A DNA stretch of 62,847 nt, the filler included, from Octopus bimaculoides (taxonomy: Eukaryota): the NCBI RefSeq assembly GCF_001194135.2. It is 6 parts of 5 records of this genome, joined end to end, with 100 filler letters (N's around TTAATTAATTAA, not from the genome) between each part and the next. Parts side by side here need not be neighbours in the genome. Positions count along the whole stretch, not along the records: positions 1 to 30,985 come from NC_069005.1; 5 more parts are not named here. One strand, written 5' to 3'. Both the position numbers and the translations under genes were made by a program. The notes beneath the pieces were generated by a model. The model made no database searches. It was not told the DNA's origin and saw only the letters and a list, made by a program, of their open reading frames with translations. Below, piece after piece: positions 13,208 through 25,379 of the stretch (positions are counted from its first letter, which is position 1; each line of letters begins with the position of its first letter).

Positions 13208-13656
13208 CTTGTAATAATTTTGCAGCTTTAATAAAGGTATATTACTCTGGTTTTTTGTATTAAAGAACTATTTTTTCCATCTAGTTTTGCACGTATGTGC
13301 TCACCTGTGTGTGTGTGTGTGTGTGTATGTATATATATNNNNNNNNNNNNNNNNNNNNNNNNNNNNNNNNNNNNNNNNNNNNNNNNNNNNNNNNNNNNNN
13401 NNNNNNNNNNNNNNNNNNNNNNNNNNNNNNNNNNNNNNNNNNNNNNNNNNNNNNNNNNNNNNNNNNNNNNNNNNNNNNNNNNNNNNNNNNNNNNNNNNNN
13501 NNNNNNNNNNNNNNNNNNNNNNNNNNNNNNNNNNNNNNNNNNNNNNNNNNNNNNNNNNNNNNNNNNNNNNNNNNNNNNNNNNTCTTATATACGTATATAT
13601 GTAAACACATATATACATACATATCTATATGGGTGTGGGTGTGTATGTGTGTGTAT

Positions 13657-13738
<82 letters not shown>
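13657..13738. repeat. (ATAG)n microsatellite
   Basis: Direct inspection. Confidence 0.95.
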
Positions 13739-14247
13739 CTGTGGTTGGTAAATTCTAGCCAGTCAGTAAATATATTACCGTTGCTGCTGTGAATGGCCAA
13801 CGTTTACATTAATAGTCTCTCGATTTCGTAGCTTCCATCAAACTAAAAGCTGACCCTGTCTTTTAATAGACCTTACATTATAATTATTTTTGTATAGTTC
13901 CTTTTTCCCGATCTATTTATATATAAATGCTTCTGTCTAGGCCAATTGTTTTCTTTTGTGAATCTATTTGAGGAAAATATTTCCCATTTATGTCACTGAG
14001 AATTTGGATACGAATATTTTACTTATATATTGATATCTTTGTCATGAAGAAAGTCCGTGTCTTTACAGACTCTTTCAGTGAGTCTTGATGAAATTGAGTA
14101 GTTTAATGGGTTTATTTAAACATGAACAGGTAACACTTTTGTGGTGAAATTAAAACGTAAATTTCTCAAGTCTAGACATGTCTTGCGCTGAGCTCAACAG
14201 TGGCTGTCTAGGTGAGCCAAGGAGCTTCTAGAATATAATGGCTTTGG

Positions 14248-14303
14248 AAGGCGGTGAGCTGGCAGAAACGTTAGCACGCCGGGCGAAATGCTTAGCAGCA
14301 TTT
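14248..14303 (+). mobile_element. Short SINE family, head fragment
   Basis: GGCGGTGAGCTGGCAGAAACGTTAGCACGCCGGGCGAAATGCTTAGC matches 20307. Confidence 0.75.
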
Positions 14304-14454
14304 GAAAAATTCCTGAAATAAGATGAAAAACTCAAGAAATATTCGGTTTTCTTAAAGTACACAACTTCTATTAAAGAGACGCATTTTTATTTGCAACAAT
14401 AACTTCTATAGAATCAAAAACATAACCTGAACACTGAACATTGAATATTGAACA

Positions 14455-15900
14455 TTATTTTTGCATAAGAGAAGATTTATTGGCAGTTGTATATGTTTTA
14501 CGGTTTTCGGTAACGATCTGTAAAACAAATTGTTTCTCAGTTTCATCTTTTGTGAGAATGTTATTGTAATCCTGAGTGAGTTTGACACTTCTTTCTGCAA
14601 CATTATTCACAACAACTGTCTTCTCAAGTTTTTCAAGTCTACTTTTGTAACTAGGATCATCCTTCCATGTTGAAGGGTTTTTGTCGAAGAAATCAATGCA
14701 GATAGAAAATCTCATAAAGAAAGTTTTTGTGCCAGGAGTTACAAAAGACGAAAACTCGATGTTTGTAAAGGAAGGAAAGTCATTTCGGTGCAGAATGTAC
14801 TTCTTCAGTTGATTTTTTTCTTCTTCCTCTTCTTCACCCGTGTCTCCTTTTAGCATAACTTGAGCAATATTTGTCTTCACCTCTGTTGGAAAATTGTCAT
14901 CAAATATGGATAGAGCCACAATTTCGGGAGCTAAGAACCAGAGATGGTTGGAAAATGTTTTCGCAGCAGCCGAACTGATTTCTGGATCAATATCGTGATA
15001 ATTTATCAGTTGACGCATGAATAGGATATCATGATAAGGTTCTTTAATTGCTTCTGATGACAGAAACCAGGTTCGAACATACACTTAAGCAAAAATACAT
15101 ATTCTTCTTAAAGAGTTCTTCTCCCCAAGGAATAACAAAAATTGATCCTGAAACAGGCATATCTTGAATGCGTGAATTGTTTTTGACATCCACCTAGCAT
15201 GACTTACAACTCCTGCTGTACAAAATGATATCGTTAACTCCAACAATTCTTGGTAATCATTTCGCTGTTGTTTCTGCGTAGAAAGGCGGTAATCATTTCG
15301 CTGTTGTTTCTGCGTAGAAAGGCGGTATTCAAGAAATCAAAGAATGATAAGCGGACATCATCAGGCACTTCATTGCTACATTTTATGTAAACCTTCTTGT
15401 TGAGTTTCGTCCAGGTCTCTTTAAATCTTTTGAAAAACGCTAAGTTTGGACCAGAAATTGCACCCATCAGTGTGTCGAAACATATCCTAAAAACTAACTC
15501 AAAAATATGATGACGGCAAGGGACGTACAACAGGTCGCGATTGAACAATTTTTCTAGATTCGTACAGGTACCATTTACTCGACCTGTGTTGCTTGCTATC
15601 GTATCACAGCAAAGTGCCTGAATTTTGTCAGTTATACCCCATTTCTCCACTGCTTGGTAAACAGCCATGGTTTGCTGTTCTCCTGAAGATGTTGGAATTT
15701 CACGGACTCGCAACAATTGCTTCTTGCCTTGAAAAGTCACTATTATTGCCAGTCTATCAACCTTTTCAATGCCTGTGAGTGCTGGGAGCAGCTTTTCATC
15801 CCAGTGCAACACTAATTCTTGACAGTCGTTTAGGTTAAATTTATGCTGCATTTCTGTGTCTCGCTTCTCTAAATTTTGTTCTAAGGCGTTGAAAATATGT
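14455..15900 (-). pseudogene. Disrupted hAT-superfamily (hATm-like) transposase
   Basis: Motifs LHWDEKLL, DRLAI, CDT.ASNTG, CRHH, RNDYQELLEL, HARWM, NHLWFL, VVNNVAERSVKL across frames; contains stop and frameshift. Confidence 0.85.
15252..15323. repeat. Perfect 36-bp tandem duplication inside the transposase
   Basis: GGTAATCATTTCGCTGTTGTTTCTGCGTAGAAAGGC at 15252-15287 and 15288-15323. Confidence 0.95.
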
Positions 15901-16568
15901 ATACAAAGCGCATAACATTATAAAAACAGAGAGGTTATAAACATGGTATAACAACTTTGTCAGGGCTACCAACACAACAGAGGAAGATCTATATCATAAT
16001 GCCCCACAACAAAATGAATGAGCGCTTATAAGTTATTACAAATGAATTAACTTATATTTACAAACGCAGACAAGTCATATTGGTTCACTGTTTATCACTA
16101 ACGTATACTTCTTAATATTCGATTTCTCTACACTACCATTAGGTGCAGTACAATTCTTTCAATGGACGAACGCAATTCACAACTTCACTCGCTCACGGCT
16201 GGCCGCCGATTGGATGACGGCGAAAAATAGGTGTTTACCCTATACCTGTACTCTGTCTCCAGCTCTACAAGTTGTTTTCCCCATTATATTTATTGTTACT
16301 TATCCTTTTAATACCAAGAATGAGTCTGAACAATTTTTTTTATTTAAGAGACAATTATATAAGAGATAAGAAATTTTTATCTGAAAAAATGACTTTCCGG
16401 ATGAAAACGTCAGAATTTCATTCATGGTCGATGAGGGTCGCCTTACAGATGTTCGATTGAGCTAAAATTTTGCATAGATTGTTTTTTTTGTTTTTTTTTT
16501 CTTAATTGGAAGAAGGCAAGGGGGTGGGAGCTAAACTTTTAGAAAGTTGAAAAATAAGGGCCACTCTA
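15900..16568 (-). mobile_element. Probable 5' non-coding region and terminus of the hATm element
   Basis: Minus strand begins TAGAGTGGCCCTT at about 16568; CpG-rich stretch with CCAAT near 16210; partner TIR not found. Confidence 0.35.
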
Positions 16569-17407
16569 ACGTACACACGTACACACGCACGCATACCCAC
16601 ACACGCACGCACACTCACACACGCACATACACAAACACACGCATACATACACACACACACACACACACACGCATACATACACACTCATATAAGCATATCA
16701 TCACCTGTCACTTGAACGCACTTTCATTTGTACACGCGTGTGTTAAAGAGTGAGTGCACGCGCACTCGCACGCCGCGGTGTGTGTTCCAGTTAGAAATAA
16801 ATAACAATCTTGGTCACGTTAGGAAGCGTAGTCCCAGAATAATAAACAGACTGTGTTTGTCTGAAAGTGGAAATAGCCACAATTGGTAGAAGATCTTTGA
16901 TTAGCTCTACAGCATTACAGTTATCCCGAAGCTAAACACGAACAAGAAATCTTACATTTGTGGGACTAATGAATTTGTATTAACATACATACAATGTTAC
17001 AAATAATTGAATAAACCAGAAAATAGTGCGATGAAGACAGAAATTGTTATAGCATATCTTGTACCAAGACATATGATTGTTAAAACGGCGCTTTGGGCTA
17101 TAAGACTTGGAATAAAAAATGTAAACTGGGGTGGGGGTTGGGGGTTAAATAAGGGAATCAATACGTGGAGAATGTCAAGAAACGTTAAACCACATTGTTT
17201 GTAGTTGATTGGTTTTAGTAGAAACGGGTTGCTATAATGATAATGATGTAAGTATATCTATGTATGTAACTAAAACTCTTCCTTTCCTCGTCTATCACAG
17301 ATTGCTGGAATAGCTCATGCCTCATACTGCATTTTTATAGGTGTCACGTCTTTGAAGTAACGATACTGCAGTAGTTCATGCCTCACATAGTTTTCTATCA
17401 CCAATAA

Positions 17408-17465
<58 letters not shown>

Positions 17466-17829
17466 NNNNNNNNNNNNNNNNNNNNNNNNNNNNNNNNNNN
17501 NNNNNNNNNNNNNNNNNNNNNNNNNNNNNNNNNNNNNNNNNNNNNNNNNNNNNNNNNNNNNNNNNNNNNNNNNNNNNNNNNNNNNNNNNNNNNNNNNNNN
17601 NNNNNNNNNNNNNNNNNNNNNNNNNNNNNNNNNNNNNNNNNNNNNNNNNNNNNNNNNNNNNNNNNNNNNNNNNNNNNNNNNNNNNNNNNNNNNNNNNNNN
17701 NNNNNNNNNNNNNNNNNNNNNNNNNNNNNNNNNNNNNNNNNNNNNNNNNNNNNNNNNNNNNNNNNNNNNNNNNNNNNNNNNNNNNNNNNNNNNNNNNNNN
17801 NNNNNNNNNNNNGCAGTAGAAAACCTAAC

Positions 17830-18325
17830 TTCTTATTTTTTTATTGCCCACAAGAGACTAAACATAGAGGGGACAAACAAGGACAGACAAAGGGATTAAG
17901 TCGATTATATCGACCCCAGTGCGTAATTGGTACTTAATTTATCGACCCCCGAAAGGATGAAAGGCAAAGTCGACCTTGGTGGAATTTGAACTCAGAACGA
18001 AATACTGCTAAGCATTTCACCAGGCGAAATACCAGTTACGCACTGGGGTTGATCTAATCGACTTAATCCTTTTGTCTGTCCTTGTTTGTTCCCTGTATGT
18101 TTAGCCCCTTGTGGGCAATAAAGAAATAAGAAACGTTAGCACACCGGGCGAAATGCTTAGCTGTATTTCCTGTCTTTACGTTGTGAGTTCAAATTCTGCC
18201 GAGGTCGACTTTGCCTTTCATCCTTTCGGGGTCGATGAAATAAGCACCAGTTGCGTACTGGGGTCGATCTAATCGACTGGCCCCCTCCCCCAAAATTTCG
18301 GGCTTTGTACCTAGAGTAGAAAAGA
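17830..18325. mobile_element. Cluster of oppositely oriented short-family SINE copies forming an inverted repeat
   Basis: 17830-17932 is the reverse complement of 18030-18132; 18133-18325 (+) is antisense to 17880-18020. Confidence 0.85.
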
Positions 18326-19227
18326 ATGTTTACTCAGTCCAGAAAATCGCCCCACTGAGAAAATCAAATATACTTCAGGAGGAATGTCAATTAGGAAACA
18401 TCTTTGTAGCGTCTCTAATATTTTTAAACAGAAAGCACAATAAATGTATTTTTAAAAAATAGCACTCTGGAGCAAGTATTCCACTGACGCAGGAGTAAAG
18501 TAAAAAATAGCTTGTAACCATAACTGTTGGGAACATAGATGTTTGGTCAAAGTTTTAGTATTGCAAACAAGTTTTAATATGACAACAAAAGAATATCGAA
18601 AGCGCAAATATCACTGTTAAATTTATACATTTATACGCCATTAGGCAGACATTGAAATATATTAACGCATACGATCAATATTAATATTACGTCAATGATC
18701 ACTCACTTAGCAGTCTATGATGCTCTTCTGTCGTATGCACTTATTGAATATAGAAGATGTAAGATGGCTTGCAGAGTCGTTCTGAATTTTCAAACGATTG
18801 ATGTTTGATCTACTTCTAACACCAACTTACAATGAATAACACGTGTCTAATCGAGAGCTAATTAAAGCATCAACTAGGATTTCGCTATTTAATTGGAAAT
18901 AATGCAGAAATTTTCCATTTTGTTCAATCATTCTTTGATTCTGAGATTGAAGAGATACAAAGTGGTCTTCATTTCATTGAGTTCTCTATAGAAATAAAGT
19001 GAAAAAAAATCTAAAATGGATGCAAACGTAATTTATAGAATTAACTTAATGAAACATTTTATCAGATTTGTTAAATGTGTCATCAGTCTGTCGGGAGTTG
19101 AATATATACTTAAATTAGATATATGTTGGTGCAGCGTGTGTAGGCTCTGTGTGTTTTATTGTGTCGTCTGCTTTGTGTGTCGTGTTCTACATTTTCACTG
19201 TACTGAAGATATGCGTGTGAGTGAGCG

Positions 19228-19276
<49 letters not shown>

Positions 19277-20306
19277 NNNNNNNNNNNNNNNNNNNNNNNN
19301 NNNNNNNNNNNNNNNNNNNNNNNNNNNNNNNNNNNNNNNNNNNNNNNNNNNNNNNNNNNNNNNNNNNNNNNNNNNNNNNNNNNNNNNNNNNNNNNNNNNN
19401 NNNNNNNNNNNNNNNNNNNNNNNNNNNNNNNNNNNNNNNNNNNNNNNNNNNNNNNNNNNNNNNNNNNNNNNNNNNNNNNNNNNNNNNNNNNNNNNNNNNN
19501 NNNNNNNNNNNNNNNNNNNNNNNNNNNNNNNNNNNNNNNNNNNNNNNNNNNNNNNNNNNNNNNNNNNNNNNNNNNNNNNNNNNNNNNNNNNNNNNNNNNN
19601 NNNNNNNNNNNNNNNNNNNNNNNNNNNNNNNNNNNNNNNNNNNNNNNNNNNNNNNNNNNNNNNNNNNNNNNNNNNNNNNNNNNNNNNNNNNNNNNNNNNN
19701 NNNNNNNNNNNNNNNNNNNNNNNNNNNNNNNNNNNNNNNNNNNNNNNNNNNNNNNNNNNNNNNNNNNNNNNNNNNNNNNNNNNNNNNNNNNNNNNNNNNN
19801 NNNNNNNNNNNNNNNNNNNNNNNNNNNNNNNNNNNNNNNNNNNNNNNNNNNNNNNNNNNNNNNNNNNNNNNNNNNNNNNNNNNNNNNNNNNNNNNNNNNN
19901 NNNNNNNNNNNNNNNNNNNNNNNNNNNNNNNNNNNNNNNNNNNNNNNNNNNNNNNNNNNNNNNNNNNNNNNNNNNNNNNNNNNNNNNNNNNNNNNNNNNN
20001 NNNNNNNNNNNNNNNNNNNNNNNNNNNNNNNNNNNNNNNNNNNNNNNNNNNNNNNNNNNNNNCCACCATCATCACTGCCACCACCATCATCACCCCTACC
20101 AGAATCGCTAACATCACCACCACTACGACCATCACCAGAACCGCCGCCACTAGCTCCACCACCTTCAGCTTTTCTAGCACCATCCCTACCACCACCATCG
20201 TCATCACCACCATAACAACCATCACCACCAACACCGCCAACAACGCCTCCACCGCCATGAGCAAAATGTAATATACCACATGGGTGATAATATACCACAT
20301 GGGTGA

Positions 20307-20518
20307 GGCGGTGAGCTAGCAGAATCGTTACCACGCCGGGGCGAAATGCTTAGCGGTATTTCATGTCTTTACGATCTGAGTTCAAATTCCGCTGAGGTCG
20401 ACTTTATCTTTCATCCTTTCGGGGCCGACAAATTAAGTAGCAGTTGCGTACTGGGATTGATCTAATCTACTGGCCCCCTCCCTTAAAACTTCGGGATTCG
20501 TGCCTAGAGTAGAAAATT
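20307..20518 (+). mobile_element. Short SINE family, full length
   Basis: GGCGGTGAGCTAGCAGAATCG head through GTGCCTAGAGTAGAAAA tail; other copies at 18133, 35587, 44022. Confidence 0.85.
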
Positions 20519-20612
20519 TAAAAAATAATGAGTTCTATATTTATGAGATGGCATAGCGGTTAAGAGCGCGGGCTACTAACCCCAAGATTCCGAGTTCGAT
20601 TCCAGGCAGTAA

Positions 20613-20665
<53 letters not shown>

Positions 20666-20667
<2 letters not shown>

Positions 20668-21167
20668 GATAGGCTACAGTAAATATTCTGCTTAATACCA
20701 CAGATTTGCTTGTCAGTTGGTTGACCTTAACCAGTTGAGCATGTCCTTTGGTGGCTGACGATATGTGCATCTCTGATCACGAGCAGAAGTAGTGGGGGAG
20801 CATCATAGTCATGTGTTGAGAGGAATTCTNNNNNNNNNNNNNNNNNNNNNNNNNNNNNNNNNNNNNNNNNNNNNNNNNNNNNNNNNNNNNNNNNNNNNNN
20901 NNNNNNNNNNNNNNNNNNNNNNNNNNNNNNNNNNNNNNNNNNNNNNNNNNNNNNNNNNNNNNNNNNNNNNNNNNNNNNNNNNNNNNNNNNNNNNNNNNNN
21001 NNNNNNNNNNNNNNNNNNNNNNNNNNNNNNNNNNNNNNNNNNNNNNNNNNNNNNNNNNNNNNATGTGCCTGGTGTACCCTTATCAGACGGGTAGTCATGA
21101 TGGGTATACTGGGCTTCGTATATTTTACCCCAGTGTCACTTTGATGGCATGCACTGCTCTCTCATTC
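20666..21167 (+). mobile_element. Non-coding interspersed repeat inserted in (AAT)n
   Basis: Flanked by (AAT)n on both sides; homologous to 43175-43385 on the minus strand. Confidence 0.75.
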
Positions 21168-21240
21168 AATAATAATAATAACAACAACAACATCGAAAAA
21201 ATACCTTAGGAATGAGAACCCAGGTTCGAAATTTCCCCAA

Positions 21241-21286
21241 GACACCTGATGAAGGCTGGAGTGTATATCAGCCGAAACGTTGTGTT
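21241..21286 (+). ncRNA. Minimal type I hammerhead ribozyme
   Basis: GACAC-CUGAUGA-A-GGCUG(GAGUGUAUAU)CAGCC-GAAAC-GU-U-GUGUU: canonical core, 5-bp helices I and II, palindromic AACGUU helix III. Confidence 0.8.
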
Positions 21287-21354
21287 AACAACAAACAAGA
21301 TGAGGACAAATATCCGTCAAATGTTAATAATGTAAATAATGTAAAAAAAAAATG

Positions 21355-21760
21355 AAAGTGGAGACATTTGCCAAATCGTTGCTAAATGTGAAACAATCTC
21401 CTGCCGATAACATTATCCTAAAACGCATGATATGGTAGATAGAAGACTCTGGAACAGATTAAGGAAGACAAATTAAACAACAAAAGCAGATAAAGACCGA
21501 TATATCAAATGAATGTTGGTGGAATCTGAGAATGAAAACAGCAAACGAATTAAAACAAACAATCGGATATTGTTGTTCTGGAGCCATAAAATAGAGACAT
21601 GATCTGTTGGAGAAGCCAGCAGCACATTCAACGTCAACGTGGTAAGAAAAATACACAAAGACATATCTGAACCAAAGACGAGGAATTTACGTCTCCAGGG
21701 TTCGAAATACACATTCAGCCTTATGTCCACTGTTATTGGAGAAACAGAGTATTTATTTGA
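21355..21760 (+). mobile_element. Highly degraded RLE-type LINE fragment (zinc knuckle + endonuclease)
   Basis: Across frames: CQIVAKCE..HY..THDMV, NKQSDIVVLE (PDI-like), EKYTK; many stops. Confidence 0.45.
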
Positions 21761-22125
21761 GATGGTCGCGATATCTTGATAATAAAAATGTGCAAGATCT
21801 TAAAATTTAACGAATAAACGGTTGTGTAAAGGAGGACGAAGTGAACGAAACCGTTTCTCATTCATTACAACATCCTTGAGAGCAAAGAGACGAGAAAAGC
21901 GTAAAGAGTGCCTGCATGGCCTTGTGGTTATGTGTGAGTGTGTATGTACGTGCGTGCGCCTGTGTGTGTGTGTGTGTGCTTGTGTGAGTACATATGTGTG
22001 TGTCAGTCTAGACAGCTAAATGAATGGGTAAATAGAGAAACACAGAAAGACAGACAGATAGATAGATATGTTTATTTATTGGCGACACAGGGCTGAACAT
22101 AGATAGATAGATAGAAAGAGAGAGA

Positions 22126-22158
<33 letters not shown>

Positions 22159-23297
22159 NNNNNNNNNNNNNNNNNNNNNNNNNNNNNNNNNNNNNNNNNN
22201 NNNNNNNNNNNNNNNNNNNNNNNNNNNNNNNNNNNNNNNNNNNNNNNNNNNNNNNNNNNNNNNNNNNNNNNNNNNNNNNNNNNNNNNNNNNNNNNNNNNN
22301 NNNNNNNNNNNNNNNNNNNNNNNNNNNNNNNNNNNNNNNNNNNNNNNNNNNNNNNNNNNNNNNNNNNNNNNNNNNNNNNNNNNNNNNNNNNNNNNNNNNN
22401 NNNNNNNNNNNNNNNNNNNNNNNNNNNNNNNNNNNNNNNNNNNNNNNNNNNNNNNNNNNNNNNNNNNNNNNNNNNNNNNNNNNNNNNNNNNNNNNNNNNN
22501 NNNNNNNNNNNNNNNNNNNNNNNNNNNNNNNNNNNNNNNNNNNNNNNNNNNNNNNNNNNNNNNNNNNNNNNNNNNNNNNNNNNNNNNNNNNNNNNNNNNN
22601 NNNNNNNNNNNNNNNNNNNNNNNNNNNNNNNNNNNNNNNNNNNNNNNNNNNNNNNNNNNNNNNNNNNNNNNNNNNNNNNNNNNNNNNNNNNNNNNNNNNN
22701 NNNNNNNNNNNNNNNNNNNNNNNNNNNNNNNNNNNNNNNNNNNNNNNNNNNNNNNNNNNNNNNNNNNNNNNNNNNNNNNNNNNNNNNNNNNNNNNNNNNN
22801 NNNNNNNNNNNNNNNNNNNNNNNNNNNNNNNNNNNNNNNNNNNNNNNNNNNNNNNNNNNNNNNNATATATATATATTCATGCATGCATATATACAAGATA
22901 TGTTACACAGCTTCAGCAGTTTACGATAATTGAATTTTTGACCTTGTAAAATAAAACACACCGGTTACGTGTTAGTTATCTTCTCAATAGAGAATACTAA
23001 GTGAATAGTCTGTTAGAAGCCTATTAAAATAAATATACTGAACTACGTTATTGATTGTAATAAAAGAGAATACGGAAGAATAATTTCACAGCCAACACAC
23101 ATATATGTATAATTATAGACGTACAAACATAGCCATGCAGACATATGAATACACATCTATGGACGCAGACATATTTGTGTATGGTGTGTATGTGGGTGCG
23201 TGGTGGTGGATCGTATGTGCGTGTATATGTGTGTGTTAGTCTAAATAGATAGATGGATAGACAGCCAGACAGACAGACAGACAGGTAGACAGACAGG

Positions 23298-23348
<51 letters not shown>

Positions 23349-24597
23349 AATAACAAACGGAGAGAGAGACAGAGAGACGGACGGACAGACAGACAGACAG
23401 ATAGATAGATAAACAGATAGACAGACAGACAAAGAGCCAGATAAATAGACAGATACATAGATTGATTGATAGACAGGTCACTACCTGGAAATAAGTGTAT
23501 GACGAAACGTAAAATTTTTTTTTTTTAAATTTTTTCCCACAAAATATAGTCGCGAAGTAAGGGCACGTCTTATGGTGTGAGTACGTCCTATACACCGACA
23601 AATTAGTTTGGGATTTCATGAAGTCCTTCCATTAACTGTTCGGTCCTTATATTTTCGAAGATGTTTAAAATGGAATGGCTCTTGGATGTATGAATCGAGA
23701 GCCTGACTTAACATATTGTGCCGATCAGCAGGATAGAAAATTTTTAAAAAGTATTGTATGGCAATTTGCTGCATATTTAATGAAAAAAATATCTTTCCTG
23801 GCTAGTAAAGGCTGGTTTNNNNNNNNNNNNNNNNNNNNNNNNNNNNNNNNNNNNNNNNNNNNNNNNNNNNNNNNNNNNNNNNNNNNNNNNNNNNNNNNNN
23901 NNNNNNNNNNNNNNNNNNNNNNNNNNNNNNNNNNNNNNNNNNNNNNNNNNNNNNNNNNNNNNNNNNNNNNNNNNNNNNNNNNNNNNNNNNNNNNNNNNNN
24001 NNNNNNNNNNNNNNNNNNNNNNNNNNNNNNNNNNNNNNNNNNNNNNNNNNNNNNNNNNNNNNNNNNNNNNNNNNNNNNNNNNNNNNNNNNNNNNNNNNNN
24101 NNNNNNNNNNNNNNNNNNNNNNNNNNNNNNNNNNNNNNNNNNNNNNNNNNNNNNNNNNNNNNNNNNNNNNNNNNNNNNNNNNNNNNNNNNNNNNNNNNNN
24201 NNNNNNNNNNNNNNNNNNNNNNNNNNNNNNNNNNNNNNNNNNNNNNNNNNNNNNNNNNNNNNNNNNNNNNNNNNNNNNNNNNNNNNNNNNNNNNNNNNNN
24301 NNNNNNNNNNNNNNNNNNNNNNNNNNNNNNNNNNNNNNNNNNNNNNNNNNNNNNNNNNNNNNNNNNNNNNNNNNNNNNNNNNNNNNNNNNNNNNNNNNNN
24401 NNNNNNNNNNNNNNNNNNNNNNNNNNNNNNNNNNNNNNNNNNNNNNNNNNNNNNNNNNNNNNNNNNNNNNNNNNNNNNNNNNNNNNNNNNNNNNNNNNNN
24501 NNNNNNNNNNNNNNNNNNNNNNNNNNNNNNNNNNNNNNNNNNNNNNNNNNNNNNNNNNNNNNNNNNNNNNNNNNNNNNNNNNNNNNNNNNNNNNNNN

Positions 24598-24761
24598 AGG
24601 ACGGACTTCTTTCAGTTTCCGTCTACCAAATCCACTCACAAGGCTTCGGTTGACTCGAGGCTATAGTAGAAGACACTTGCCCAAGGTGCCACGAAGTGGG
24701 ACTGAAGCCGGAACCACGTGATTGGAAAGCAAGCTACTTACCACACAGCCACTCCTGCACC
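24598..24761 (-). mobile_element. Major SINE, 5' part
   Basis: Reverse complement of the head of 10471. Confidence 0.85.
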
Positions 24762-24870
24762 ATACATGTATATAGATATACATGTATGCATTTATGTATG
24801 TATGTATGTATGTATGTATGTATGTATATATGTGTGTCTGTATGTTTTTGCATGTGTGTGTGTATGCGTG

Positions 24871-24928
<58 letters not shown>

Positions 24929-25270
24929 TGATGCATACTTATTAGTTCAGCAGGATGGCTTTGTCGATATATATATATAGAGAGAGGGCGATGAACCGCA
25001 GAGAAGATATTATAATTGACTATCATTTCCATTATGCAATAAATATACATGTTTATTGTCTGCGTTTTACATATTTCAAGTAATCTACAACACATGACTG
25101 TATACTCAGCTTATAACATACACCCATATATGGGTGTATATTACATATATGTATGCTACAATCAAGAAGATTGTGAGTTTTTACAAGGAAAGAGAAAACT
25201 GTGCCGAATTTTTCATCTTCGATCTATAAATGATCAATAAACCAAAATCAATAAAAAAATAGATACGCAC

Positions 25271-25303
<33 letters not shown>

Positions 25304-25325
25304 CATGCATAGAGAGAGAGGTATG

Positions 25326-25379
<54 letters not shown>

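Larger units (their letters stand above)
12151..13240. mobile_element. Fold-back element: inverted PLE-type terminal repeats carrying HHR-like motifs
   Basis: Arms 12151-12604 and 12816-13240 are reverse complements (e.g. CCTTGCTTAGAGC/GCTCTAAGCAAGG; ACTCAGAGTTTCACGTTCCCGTTC/GAACGGGAACGTGAAACTCTGAGT). Confidence 0.8.
20546..21340 (+). mobile_element. tRNA-headed SINE-like element with a hammerhead-bearing 3' part, split by an insertion in its (AAT)n tract
   Basis: A box TGGCATAGCGG at 20549, B box GTTCGATTCC at 20594, (AAT)n to 20665, resumes as (AAT)n at 21168, HHR at 21241-21286; continuity is inferred across an insert and a gap. Confidence 0.6.

Noticed and set aside
15053-15075. CTGATGA-CA-GAAAC motif
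   Set aside because: No room for helix II and it lies antisense within transposase codons (WFLSSEAI); likely coincidence.
20063-20270. Pro/Thr/Gly-rich ORFs suggesting a mucin or extensin-like exon
   Set aside because: Degenerate (CCA/CAT)n repeat open in several frames, with no splice or homology support.
20546-20610. tRNA genes at SINE heads (also 5097, 10471, 11770, 33695)
   Set aside because: No complete cloverleaf or T-run terminator; each continues into a SINE body.
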